Shown: in pieces, positions 15,843 through 25,049 of the stretch | How positions within the stretch are numbered: the first letter of the stretch is position 1 | How the letters are laid out: the number at the start of each line of letters is the position of its first letter | IMG/VR virus record: IMGVR_UViG_3300037313_001869 | Coordinates: 320,001-384,000 of that record | DNA from: a virus | Lineage: Duplodnaviria; Caudoviricetes | Length of the DNA: 64,000 nucleotides | Strand: one strand, 5' to 3' | The notes under the pieces: generated by a model | Databases searched by the model: none | Seen by the model: only the letters and a program-made list of their open reading frames with translations | What the model was told of the DNA's origin: nothing | Program-made: the position numbers and the translations under genes

Positions 15843-16581
15843 CCCGGACGTTCGAGACGATCTCGACATCGCTCGTGTCGTGGACGTGGCCGCAGAGCAC
15901 GACGATCTTCTTGTCGTAGAACGTGTCGGCGCAGCGCAAGATCATGTCTCCCGTGGCCTTCGAGCAGTACCACGGCAGATGAAACTCATCGGAGACCCGA
16001 CCTTGGTACGTCGTCGCCTGGGGGAAGGGCGGAAAGTGCGTTGCGAAGATCACCGTGTCGAACTTCGAGAGCGCCTGGCAGAGTAGCTCCTCGGCTTGCC
16101 GGGCCGAGCGATCAGCGATCTTCCGGATCTCGGGCAGGATCGCGAACTTCGGCAGCCCTCGGAACTCCTCGATCCGCCGCCAGTCGTTCATGTAGACCGT
16201 CGAGGCTTCGGGGTTGCCCCAGCGGCCATCGTACCAGCCTTCGTGCCCGACGATGCCAATGCCCGGGCACAGCTCCCGCGCTCCGAGCCTCAACCAGTGA
16301 AGCTGACCCTCGCTCACCTTCGCCGCTCGCTCGTGGGTCTCGCGGTAGGACCCGTCCCAGAAGTCGTGGTTGCCGAGAACGAAGTAGACCGGCCGATCGC
16401 CGAAGCCCTCCGAGAAGCTCTGGAGGTAGCTCGCGAAGGACGTGCTCGTGCCGATGTCGCCCGTGATGACGGCCGCGACGGCGTCGGGGAAGGCGTCTCG
16501 CGCCTCTTCGCCGCAGGTAAAGGGCGTGTCGAAGCTGGTTACGTCGAAGTGAAGGTCGGTGAGCCACACGAGCTGGGACAT
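15736..16581 (-). CDS. calcineurin-like metallophosphoesterase
   Basis: TDLH, TGDI, LGNHD, THFPP, CGHVH. Confidence 0.9.
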   Translation of the reverse strand: MSQLVWLTDLHFDVTSFDTPFTCGEEARDAFPDAVAAVITGDIGTSTSFASYLQSFSEGFGDRPVYFVLGNHDFWDGSYRETHERAAKVSEGQLHWLRLGARELCPGIGIVGHEGWYDGRWGNPEASTVYMNDWRRIEEFRGLPKFAILPEIRKIADRSARQAEELLCQALSKFDTVIFATHFPPFPQATTYQGRVSDEFHLPWYCSKATGDMILRCADTFYDKKIVVLCGHVHDTSDVEIVSNVRVMTGSATYGDPQVTRGLRLPKDLGLEAHSALLRQE

Positions 16582-16637
16582 GCAAGAGGGTACCTACACC
16601 AGCATTAAACGCCGAAGGCCCCCGTAGGGGCCTTCGC

Positions 16638-16982
16638 TCAGTAACCGCCGAAGGGTCCGAGCCGTCCGGCCCGCGTTCCCTGGGGTCCGAACCGGACCTC
16701 GTAGGGCTCTTCCTCGCCCTCGTAGTGCTCCTCCTGGTCAGGCAGGAACATCCATTTCGCCGAGGCCCGAGGACCCTCGGCGCCGTCGGCGAGAGCGGCC
16801 AGGGCCAGGTCAAGGAAGCGGCCCGCGCCGCCCGCCGTGGTGAAGTTGGGCAGCCCCAGGTACTCGCCCTTCTCGCCCTCTCGCTTGAGGTAGGCGTGGT
16901 AGACGCGGTACCTCTCGCCGCCCTCGTACTTCGTGCCCGACCGAACCGCGCCCGACCAACCCGAGATGTCCGTCTTCGCCAT
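16638..16982 (-). CDS. hypothetical protein
   Basis: class A motif 17010-17036 upstream; hairpin downstream near 16612-16636. Confidence 0.55.
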   Translation of the reverse strand: MAKTDISGWSGAVRSGTKYEGGERYRVYHAYLKREGEKGEYLGLPNFTTAGGAGRFLDLALAALADGAEGPRASAKWMFLPDQEEHYEGEEEPYEVRFGPQGTRAGRLGPFGGY

Positions 16983-17068
16983 TTTCACACCCTCGCTTTC
17001 CTGTGCCCTAGACGCCTGAGACCCGGGGCTTTTTCCAAAGTCCCCGGGCCCGTGCTCTTTTTTCTCGC

Positions 17069-17455
17069 TCAGATGTAGCGGGGGGTGAAGGCTTCCATCT
17101 CGTCCGCCTTCTTCTCCGCTGCCACTTCTTCGGCCGCCCCGTAAGCGACGTAGGCTTCCGAGCCGTAGACCGGGCGCGAACGGTACCACTTGGCGCTGTT
17201 CACCGGGCTGAGGCCCGCCGCGAAGCCCTTCTCGACCTGACCGAGCAGCTTCTCGATCTCGGCCTGATCCCGCGACGACTTCTTGGAGGCGTATCGGTCG
17301 CCTCGCTCGTTCGTCACCGTCACGTAGTAGACCTCCAGGATGGGGCGCTCGCCGTCCTCGTTCATCGGCCCCTCGACCAGATCCGAAGCCATGCAGGCTT
17401 CCCAAACCACCGCCACCGCCACCGCCGCCGTCTCGCTCTTCGTGTTGTTCGTCAT
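17069..17455 (-). CDS. hypothetical protein
   Basis: class A motif 17466-17492 upstream. Confidence 0.6.
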   Translation of the reverse strand: MTNNTKSETAAVAVAVVWEACMASDLVEGPMNEDGERPILEVYYVTVTNERGDRYASKKSSRDQAEIEKLLGQVEKGFAAGLSPVNSAKWYRSRPVYGSEAYVAYGAAEEVAAEKKADEMEAFTPRYI

Positions 17456-17501
17456 GGTGAGCCCTAAACGGACGGGGCCCACGGTCTTTTCCGAAAATCG
17501 T

Positions 17502-17909
17502 CTAGCGGCCTTTTTTGCCGAGATTTGCCGCTGCAACGGCTGGGTCAACGGGCGAGCCGGCTACCCGAACGTGCTTCCACGACGGCTGGCCCGAGGGGGG
17601 TCTTCCCACCCCGGGCATCGTGAACGAGACCCGATAGGGTACCGGCTCGGGCGGCCGGGGCAGTTCGAGGGCCTGGACGTACTCGGCTACCTTCGTGAGG
17701 GCCACGAAGAGACGCGCCTTCTCGGGGTCGTCCGGGTTACGATCAGGGTGCAGCTCGAACGCCAGGCGCCGGAAGCTCTTTCTCGCTGTCTCCTTCAGCG
17801 CCGAAAGAAGCGCCTCGGCTCGGGCTGGGTCGCGCTCCCGGCCTACGGCCTCGATCGCCTCGGGCGTCACGCCGAGGTCGTGCAAAAGGGTCTCAGCCGA
17901 CGGCGGCAT
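17502..17909 (-). CDS. J-domain (DnaJ-like) protein
   Basis: RKSFRRLAFELHPDRNP. Confidence 0.8.
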   Translation of the reverse strand: MPPSAETLLHDLGVTPEAIEAVGRERDPARAEALLSALKETARKSFRRLAFELHPDRNPDDPEKARLFVALTKVAEYVQALELPRPPEPVPYRVSFTMPGVGRPPSGQPSWKHVRVAGSPVDPAVAAANLGKKGR

Positions 17910-17933
17910 GGTGTCAGAGGAAGTAGGCCACAA

Positions 17934-18395
17934 ATGAAAGCTGCTATCTCCGGGCCCCGAGACATTGCCCCCGACGACCATGCGCGAATCGAGCAAGCCA
18001 TGGCCCTTCTGGTTGCCCGAGAGGGTATCGAGGAGCTGTGGTTCGGGGGTGCCCGCGGCACAGATACCGTTGCCCTGCTCGCGGCCCTGGCCCACCGCAA
18101 AGAGGGGCGACCGAAGCTCGTGGTCGTCGTCCCCGACAAGGTGAGCCGGCAACCCTACGAGGCCCAAGCGGCGATCCGCCGGGCCGATCAGGTAATCGAG
18201 CTAGGGCACCCCATCACCAAGGAGGATCGCTACGCGGCCTTCAAGGAGCGCAACGTCTACCTCGTGGATCACACCTCGTTTCTCGTGGCGTTCTGGACCG
18301 GCGACTACAAGACCGGAACGGGCCATGCCGTGGCCTACGCCGAAAGAGACGGCATCAAGGTTTACAAGATCCCCGTCCGGGGCCTGCCAAAGTAA
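17934..18395 (+). CDS. SLOG-superfamily (YspA-like) protein
   Basis: ISGPR, GGARGTD, RNVYLVD, AFWTG, GTGHAV. Confidence 0.8.
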   Translation: MKAAISGPRDIAPDDHARIEQAMALLVAREGIEELWFGGARGTDTVALLAALAHRKEGRPKLVVVVPDKVSRQPYEAQAAIRRADQVIELGHPITKEDRYAAFKERNVYLVDHTSFLVAFWTGDYKTGTGHAVAYAERDGIKVYKIPVRGLPK

Positions 18396-18425
18396 CAGAC
18401 CGTATCGGATCGGTGTAGTCCCTGC

Positions 18426-18716
18426 ATGGGAGGCCCGGTCACGATGCGTATGTACTTTGGGACGAGGGAGTCGGGGCTGCGGTCGCTGAAAGCCGGAACG
18501 AGCGTGACCCGTGACTTCGAGGCGGCCGTGGCCCTGACAGGTCAGGGTGAGGGCCTTGCCTACGTCTACGAAGTCTTCGTGAGCGAAGAGTCCGTAACGT
18601 GGGAGAGCGAAGACGGGGGCCCGCTTCGTGCCCCTGCCGGAGTCCTCCGCCGGCTGCTGGTGGACCCCGGAGCACCCCCGATCCCCGTCCCCAAGAAGTT
18701 CGCCAGGGCTTCCTGA
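18426..18716 (+). CDS. hypothetical protein
   Basis: ATG 8 nt after GGTGTA. Confidence 0.5.
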   Translation: MGGPVTMRMYFGTRESGLRSLKAGTSVTRDFEAAVALTGQGEGLAYVYEVFVSEESVTWESEDGGPLRAPAGVLRRLLVDPGAPPIPVPKKFARAS

Positions 18717-18901
18717 TTCCTTCTATACGAAACCCCAAAAGAACCCGTGGTCCGCCCCCATGCCTGAGCCTGCCGTGCGGTGTTTACCTGCCCCATGGCC
18801 ATCCGATCGTCGCGAGCCGTTTCCCCTTTGAGGGTGTCGGCGGCTCGGGCGCAAGGCTGGGCTGCGTGTCTTCTCGTACCCAAGAACCCAAGAACCGACC
18901 G

Positions 18902-19222
18902 ATGACCGACGAAAAGCAAGACCAGACCATCCAGTGCAAGGGCTGCCGCAACCCGTTCACCTTCACCGCCGGAGAGCAGCGCTTCTACGAGGAGCGCCAG
19001 TTCACCCCGCCGGTCCGTTGCAAGCCTTGCCGGGACGCCCGCAAGGCCCAGCAGAACGGCCAGTCGGCGGCGCCCGCTCCTCTCCCCACGGCGCCCGAGA
19101 CCGTCGAGGTCGTTCGCCGGGGTAAAGGAGGAAGCTTCGCCTCCGAGAGCTACGGCAAGCCCCAGGGCAAGCCGGCTCGCCGCGGGGGGCGCGAGCGTGG
19201 GTACGACTCCTGGGAGGAGTGA
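18902..19222 (+). CDS. zinc-ribbon (zf-trcl-like) protein with basic tail
   Basis: CKGC...FTFTAGEQRFY...RCKPCR. Confidence 0.8.
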   Translation: MTDEKQDQTIQCKGCRNPFTFTAGEQRFYEERQFTPPVRCKPCRDARKAQQNGQSAAPAPLPTAPETVEVVRRGKGGSFASESYGKPQGKPARRGGRERGYDSWEE

Positions 19223-19333
19223 TCGCGGGTCGATTTCCGCTGCACACGCCCGAGGGGGCGTGTTAGATACCCCGTGGGCGGCGCCTCGCCCCTCTCTTGG
19301 CGCTGTCCGTGGGACTCGGTTGGACAGACCCAC

Positions 19334-19373
19334 GAAGGCCCGACCCTCTGCCGAGGGCCGGGCCTTCTGCTTT
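19334..19373 (+). terminator. intrinsic terminator
   Basis: GAAGGCCCG...CGGGCCTTC stem followed by TGCTTT. Confidence 0.55.
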
Positions 19374-19999
19374 CAGTCCGCTTCGCCTTCCGTCCTGCGC
19401 TGGGGCGGGTGCTTCAGCGCCACCCGGAAGAAGCTGGCCGGGTCGGCTTCGAGGAAGAGCTTCTGGGCGAGAAGCTTGTCTCCGACCGGCACGCCTCCGA
19501 TCGGGTAGATGCAGTAGGTCGCCACGACCTCACCCTTTTCGATGAGGTCGACGTTGGGCCCGCTGTATTTACGGACGCGGTAGCCCCGTCCATCGCCCCC
19601 CTCGACATCGAAGTAGCCCTCGGCCTGGTAGGTGGTGGCTTGGTCGGGCCGGAGATACCGGAGCAGAAGCGCCTCGGCCTTCTTCTCGGCTTCCAGCCGC
19701 TTTTCGTGGTCCTTCTGCGCCTCGACCATCTGGTCTTGCCGGGCCTGCGCCTCGGGGCCAAGAGGGACATCATCGGGCAGAGGCCGGGTCCGCCGCATCT
19801 GCTCGTACAGCTCCCACACCTCCCGGTGCCGAGAGCGCAGGTCCTTCCAGTCCCGGAGCGGGAACTCGGTGACCCATTCGTACGCGCCCGAGCAGTTGCA
19901 GGCGAACCCAAGGGTCCGGCGCCAGGGGTTACCCCCGGCCCGGAAGCCCCCGTGCTGGGCGTGCTCGGCCATGTAGTTGAGAATGCGCTCGGTCTGCAT
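19373..19999 (-). CDS. hypothetical protein
   Basis: coupled ORF with GC-typical codon use. Confidence 0.6.
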   Translation of the reverse strand: MQTERILNYMAEHAQHGGFRAGGNPWRRTLGFACNCSGAYEWVTEFPLRDWKDLRSRHREVWELYEQMRRTRPLPDDVPLGPEAQARQDQMVEAQKDHEKRLEAEKKAEALLLRYLRPDQATTYQAEGYFDVEGGDGRGYRVRKYSGPNVDLIEKGEVVATYCIYPIGGVPVGDKLLAQKLFLEADPASFFRVALKHPPQRRTEGEAD

Positions 20000-20286
20000 C
20001 AGGCCCGCCTTCCTACCTGAAACGTCATCACGTCGTTCGTCGTGTTGCGCACTTCGATGCTCTCTCCGTTGAAGTCGCCCGAGATGTACCCCCCGGGCCC
20101 CAGCTCGATCGTGGTGAAGCCTCCGCGAGAGACGACCCGCACCGATCCTTCCGAGAGGCGGCGGACGGCCATGTCGGTAGCCGGCTTCAAGGCCAGCTTT
20201 TTCTTGGGCCGGAGCAGGAAAAAGGCTGCAATCCCAAGTGGGACGGCGACCAACGATACCAACAAAAGCTCGTACATCACGCCCAC
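19999..20286 (-). CDS. small membrane protein
   Basis: N-terminal hydrophobic helix. Confidence 0.5.
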   Translation of the reverse strand: MGVMYELLLVSLVAVPLGIAAFFLLRPKKKLALKPATDMAVRRLSEGSVRVVSRGGFTTIELGPGGYISGDFNGESIEVRNTTNDVMTFQVGRRA

Positions 20287-20861
20287 CTTTCAAGAGCTTC
20301 GAGGACCCGGCGCACCTCACGTCGGAGATCCTCGGTCCCTGCTTCGTTGTCGATTGTGAGGTCCTGCCGAGACGGGAGATCCTTCGCAGCCACCTGGGCC
20401 AAGGGCTCGGACAGGCCCCTCGACCTGACAAGGCGCGAGGCCCTCGTTGCTTCCGAGGCCACGACAGCGACGATCGGCCGGACGCGGGACCGGAAGCGCT
20501 CCTCTCCGATCCACGACGCCTCGATCCCGATCCACGGCGCCCCGGCCTTTCCGATTCGCTGCGCCTCTTCGTCCATGGCCTGAACGTGCATCTCCCGCAC
20601 CCGTTCGAGAACGCGAGCGGTCATCTGGGGGTCAACGAGGCTCGCGACCGTGATCTTCGGCCAGTCGATGAGCCCATCCGGCCCGACGACGCCCGCTCCC
20701 GTGGCCCGGACGAGGGCCAGAAACCCCCTGCTACCCGGGGCAAAGAGATGGTCGAGGACCACGTCGGACTCGACGATGGGGACCCCTTCCTCGCGGAACA
20801 TCGACGCGGCGAGGGTCCGTCCCGAACCCCGCCCCCCGGTCAGCCCGAAGAGCCGGGCCAT
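20277..20861 (-). CDS. dephospho-CoA kinase-like protein (divergent P-loop)
   Basis: GLTGGRGSGRT, G.PIVESD, GLIDW; Walker A Lys replaced by Arg. Confidence 0.65.
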   Translation of the reverse strand: MARLFGLTGGRGSGRTLAASMFREEGVPIVESDVVLDHLFAPGSRGFLALVRATGAGVVGPDGLIDWPKITVASLVDPQMTARVLERVREMHVQAMDEEAQRIGKAGAPWIGIEASWIGEERFRSRVRPIVAVVASEATRASRLVRSRGLSEPLAQVAAKDLPSRQDLTIDNEAGTEDLRREVRRVLEALERWA

Positions 20862-21256
20862 CAGACCTTCTTCCCGATCCCCTCGAAGAGGCACCGGTTG
20901 AAGAAGCTGAACGTAGACCGCTGGCTCACGAGCACTTCGGGCGGGAGCCAGCGGGTGATCGCCCCCTCCCTGTCCCCAGGGGTACCGCTCCAGGTGAGAA
21001 CCCGGTAGCAGAGGCAGCGCTTGCCGCCCTGGTTCGGAGCGTCGGGGCCGTCGAAGATGAGCGACAGCTCGCCCAGCTCGATGCCCGTCTCTTCGCGGGC
21101 CTCGCGCCGGATGGCCGCCTCCGGGCTCTCGCCCGGGTCGATCTTGCCTCCGACCAAGCCAAAGCTCTCGTGGTCGTTCTTGCGCGAGACGCACAGGATC
21201 GCCCCGTCGGCCCGTTCGATGTAGGCCACAACGGAGAAGATGGGGGTGAACGTCAT
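20861..21256 (-). CDS. Nudix hydrolase
   Basis: GGKIDPGESPEAAIRREAREETG. Confidence 0.9.
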   Translation of the reverse strand: MTFTPIFSVVAYIERADGAILCVSRKNDHESFGLVGGKIDPGESPEAAIRREAREETGIELGELSLIFDGPDAPNQGGKRCLCYRVLTWSGTPGDREGAITRWLPPEVLVSQRSTFSFFNRCLFEGIGKKV

Positions 21257-23315
21257 CACCCCTCCGGCAGCTCGAAGGCTGAGCCCCGCGCCGACGGGTT
21301 CCATCCGAGCCCGAGACCCTGTCTCACGGCCACAGCGATCGTCTCGGGGGTGACGGGCGCTCCGTACGGGTAGCGGAACCGGAGCACGTTGCCCGGCTTC
21401 TCGGCTTCTTCTTGCACCACCACGACCAGCTCTTTCTGATCGTGGTGGTCGGGAATGTGCGTCTCTTTGACGAGAAACCGATACGGCTTGCCGTCGACCT
21501 CGGTGCGGCGGCTGCCTTTGCGCGGGATGCCCATACGATTTGTTACACCGCGAGCCTGGCGGCCTTGCGCCGGAGAAGCTCGCTCTTGCTGTCGGGCGAG
21601 AGCTGCCATTCGATGTTGAGGGTGCTGCCCGGAGACTTGACGATCACGGGGAAGCTCGTGCCATGAATCACCTCTTGGTCCGTTTCCGAGGCGAAGACCC
21701 CGACGCCCGTGATGCGTAGCGTCGGACCTGTCGCAGGGATGAAGACGCTAAAGCACGTCAGCCCCTCGTCTGACCCGACCACTACCGGCGTACGGGTCGA
21801 CCCTTCGTAGGTGATTTCCTGCCGGTATTCGTCCAGGAGGCCGATCCAGAAACGTCTTCTATCCTGCTCTTCTTCGGAGACCCGGGCTCGCTCTTGACGG
21901 GCCGCTATCGGGCTCACCTCGTCCCAGAACTCTTCCCACGCTTCGGAGACAATCATGCCTGCACCACGAAAAGGGGCTGTCTTCTAGCGACCACGACGGT
22001 CGCTGGAGGACGCTTTGCACCGAAACTACCGCCGAAAACACCCGAGAACCACGACCAAACGCGAAGGAAACGGCCGCGGTTGGTGGAAGGTCTACTCGCT
22101 CCGCTGGTGGAAAAAGCAGCGGGCCCGCGATAGGCGGGCCCGTGATCGGAGCCTCATCGAGCGCGGCAAGTACGACGACCTGACAACGCGCTACCCGATG
22201 GATATCCTTTGGGATTACTGGTGATCTACGCCGTCTACCGGGGCCTGGTACGAGGCCCCGGTAGACGATGCGCTCTCGGCCAGTCGCTCGAACCGGCTCG
22301 GGTTCGGCGCCTCGGCCTGTCGCATGTCCCCTTGCTCCTGATCGACGCCCGCGAGGGTGAAGATGGCAGCGGCGATCTCGTCTTCTGACCGGCCGACGGT
22401 TCGGGCCACGTCCATGGCCGTCCCGATGAGGGTTCTCTGCTCGCCTTGGAGCATGTTTTCGCCTTCGTCCCGGTCTGCCGGTCGAAGGGTCGCAGCCTGA
22501 CGCCCACGCCTCCAGGCTCCGGTCCGCGCCTCCCGACCCTGGGGCAGGGATTCTCCGGCGACCATGGCCGTCGGTTGGTTTCGGAGCTGGCGCCGCTCGG
22601 TCGCCGAAGTCGAAAACTGCGTGTTCTCGACCAGATGCGCGCGGTAGACGTTGCCGAGGGCGTCGGTGAGGAAGAGCAGGTCTCCATCGTTCCGGCTCAT
22701 CGGAGGCGAGGCGAAGGCCGGACCCCAGCTTGCGAGAAAGTCGGGGAGGCGGGTCGTTTCGACAGGGGCTCCGATCGGGGCCATCAGCGAGACATGGATC
22801 TCGCCCGCGTCGGTGACGAGCACGTCATGGACCGGTCGAAGCTCGCCCGTGTCGTGGCGACGCGCGAGCACGCCTCGGGAGAGCCAAACGGGCAAAGCAG
22901 GGGATTGGACAGGGGGCATCGGTCAGTCCTTCTTGAACGGGTCGTTCTCGGCCCGGGGCATGTCGGACAGGTGCTTCTCGGCGATCATGTACTTGTCGCC
23001 GCCCTTGCGCATGTCCTCGGGGAGCTTGAGATCGCCGATCGGCACCTCCTTGTGGAGGAGGCTCTTCGGGGCGAGGAACTCCTCGGGCGCGAGCGCTTCC
23101 CGGACCTTTCGGACCGTGCGGACGTAGTCGCTCGCCCGGGTCTTCAGGGCAACTTCCAGCTCCTCCATCTCCCGGTGCATCGCTTCGAGATCGGGGAACT
23201 TGGCGAGGATCGCTTTCGTCTCCTCGTCGGCCCCGGCCTTGATGGCCTTCAGCGCGAGCGGGTTCAGGTCGTTGGCGGAGAGGAGGGTAGCGGTTTCTTT
23301 GCGAGTGAGCGGCAT
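21256..23315. other. cluster of hypothetical ORFs (21256-21534 -, 21543-21956 -, 22015-22224 +, 22215-22919 -, 22923-23315 -)
   Basis: tight packing and codon bias; 22215-22919 carries SRFERL. Confidence 0.5.
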
Positions 23316-23320
23316 GGTGT

Positions 23321-24151
23321 TCAGGCTCCTTGGATGTAACCGTTTCGGTCGAAGACGTAGCCGTTTTCTTTACCCCAGGCGACCCAGCGAGCCGCGATCT
23401 TGGCGACCCTCCCGGCGTCCTCGGGCGGGATGAAACCCTTCGGCTGGGGCACGATCTCGCTGAGCGCGATCGAGGCGTTCGTAAAGAGCGTCGGGAACTT
23501 TTCGTTCATTGACACGCGCCGAGCGTCTTCGAGAAGCCAGGGGATCGCTCGCTTTCCGATGCCGACGATCTCCCGGTGAGCGAAGTGATCGGTCCGCATG
23601 TCGCTGAGGTAGCCCGTGTCCCGAGCCCAGATGTGGACGAGCCGATCGTAGACCGTCCTCGGCAAGGGCATGTCCTGGCCTTGCCGCACAAGCTCCCGGA
23701 CCTGCATCCAGAGCTGCCCGAGCTTGTTCTTGCCCGTCCCGCCCTTCTCGAAGGCGATGCCCCAGTAGTCATCTTCGGGGCTCTGCTCGACGAGCAGGGC
23801 GTCGCCCGTCGCGAGCAGCGGCTCCCGAAGCTCGGGGTTCTGGGCCACCTTCAGGTAAAGCCCCTCGAACATCACCCGGTCTTTGACCAGCTCGATCGCC
23901 CCGTCCGGCCACACGTCGGGCCACTCCCAGTCCCTCCGGCGCACCATGAGCCGGCCGTTTTCCATGGCCAGTCGAGGCCGAGGCGCCGTCCGGATGGCCT
24001 CGTGGTCTCCGTCGCTCTCGGCCTTGCGGGCCTGGTAGAGGTGCTCTTGCGTCGGGTACGTTCGGCCTCCCCAGACGATCGGGTGGGGCGAGAAGTTCGT
24101 GAGAAATCCGCAGGGCCCCTTTGTCGTGTAGAACTCGATCACCTCGGGCAT
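23321..24151 (-). CDS. NADAR (YbiA-like) domain protein with C-terminal extension
   Basis: FLTNFS, YPTQEHLYQARK, LLATGD, DDYWG, GKNKLGQLWMQVR. Confidence 0.9.
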   Translation of the reverse strand: MPEVIEFYTTKGPCGFLTNFSPHPIVWGGRTYPTQEHLYQARKAESDGDHEAIRTAPRPRLAMENGRLMVRRRDWEWPDVWPDGAIELVKDRVMFEGLYLKVAQNPELREPLLATGDALLVEQSPEDDYWGIAFEKGGTGKNKLGQLWMQVRELVRQGQDMPLPRTVYDRLVHIWARDTGYLSDMRTDHFAHREIVGIGKRAIPWLLEDARRVSMNEKFPTLFTNASIALSEIVPQPKGFIPPEDAGRVAKIAARWVAWGKENGYVFDRNGYIQGA

Positions 24152-24208
24152 GAGGGGCTCTACACCGGAAAGCGTGGCGGATCTTCTCATGGAAGCGGGC
24201 TTCGTACG

Positions 24209-24625
24209 ATGCCCCTGTTCGAGAGCCAAGAAGCCATGAGCCAGGAAGTCCGCTGCTACAGCGAGGCCGGGTGGGCCGTCATCCCATGCGATGACCCCGA
24301 GCACGGCGAGGTCGGCCACCTCGCCTTCCGCGAGCAAAACGGCGAGGAAGAGACCGTTCTTCTCTCCTGGTACCCCTTCGGCCCTCGGTCTCCCGAGGTG
24401 ACGTACGCGACCAGCGAAGAGAGCTTCGAGGCCGCCCTCGTTCGTCTCGGCTCCGGGCCCCGCTACCGTTGCGACGATCCGAAGCGGCTGCTCCTCGGGC
24501 TGGTGACCTACCCCGAAGGCGAGACCGTGGCCCGCATCCTCCAGGTCCGCCTGACCACCTTCTCGGGCTTCGGGGATGCGTCGAAGAAGGCTGTGCTTTC
24601 GGTCGGGACGCTCAGCCGAACCTAG
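24209..24625 (+). CDS. hypothetical protein
   Basis: codon bias; fills gap between minus-strand genes. Confidence 0.5.
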   Translation: MPLFESQEAMSQEVRCYSEAGWAVIPCDDPEHGEVGHLAFREQNGEEETVLLSWYPFGPRSPEVTYATSEESFEAALVRLGSGPRYRCDDPKRLLLGLVTYPEGETVARILQVRLTTFSGFGDASKKAVLSVGTLSRT

Positions 24626-25049
24626 CCAGGCTCTTCAGCACGAGCTGCTTGACATTCACGGGTACCGGGTCGACCGACCAGGCGGTCGACGAGACCCATC
24701 GCACGTCGGTGAACTCGTCGCAGAGCACCACGTTTCGGTGGTTGGCGAGAACCGCGAAGGCGAAGTTCATGTGGATTCCCTGGTCTTGCGAAGCGTGCTC
24801 CTCGTATGCAATCAGCCCGGCCGGGGTCCCCGCCACCGCGTCCGGGTCCTGCGGCGCGAGCCGATAGTCCCGGTCGATCTTCCACCCCAGCTCTTCTTGG
24901 ATCTCCCGCACGGCCGTTTCGATCGGCCGCTCCCCCGGCTCCATTCGTCCGCCCGGCGGAACCCAGGCCCGTTGGCGCTTGTGGTTGACGAGCAAGACCT
25001 CGCCACGGTGGACGGCATAGACGGACGAGGTAAAGACGCGGTCGAGCAT
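24612..25049 (-). CDS. Nudix hydrolase
   Basis: PGGRMEPGERPIETAVREIQEELG. Confidence 0.9.
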   Translation of the reverse strand: MLDRVFTSSVYAVHRGEVLLVNHKRQRAWVPPGGRMEPGERPIETAVREIQEELGWKIDRDYRLAPQDPDAVAGTPAGLIAYEEHASQDQGIHMNFAFAVLANHRNVVLCDEFTDVRWVSSTAWSVDPVPVNVKQLVLKSLARFG

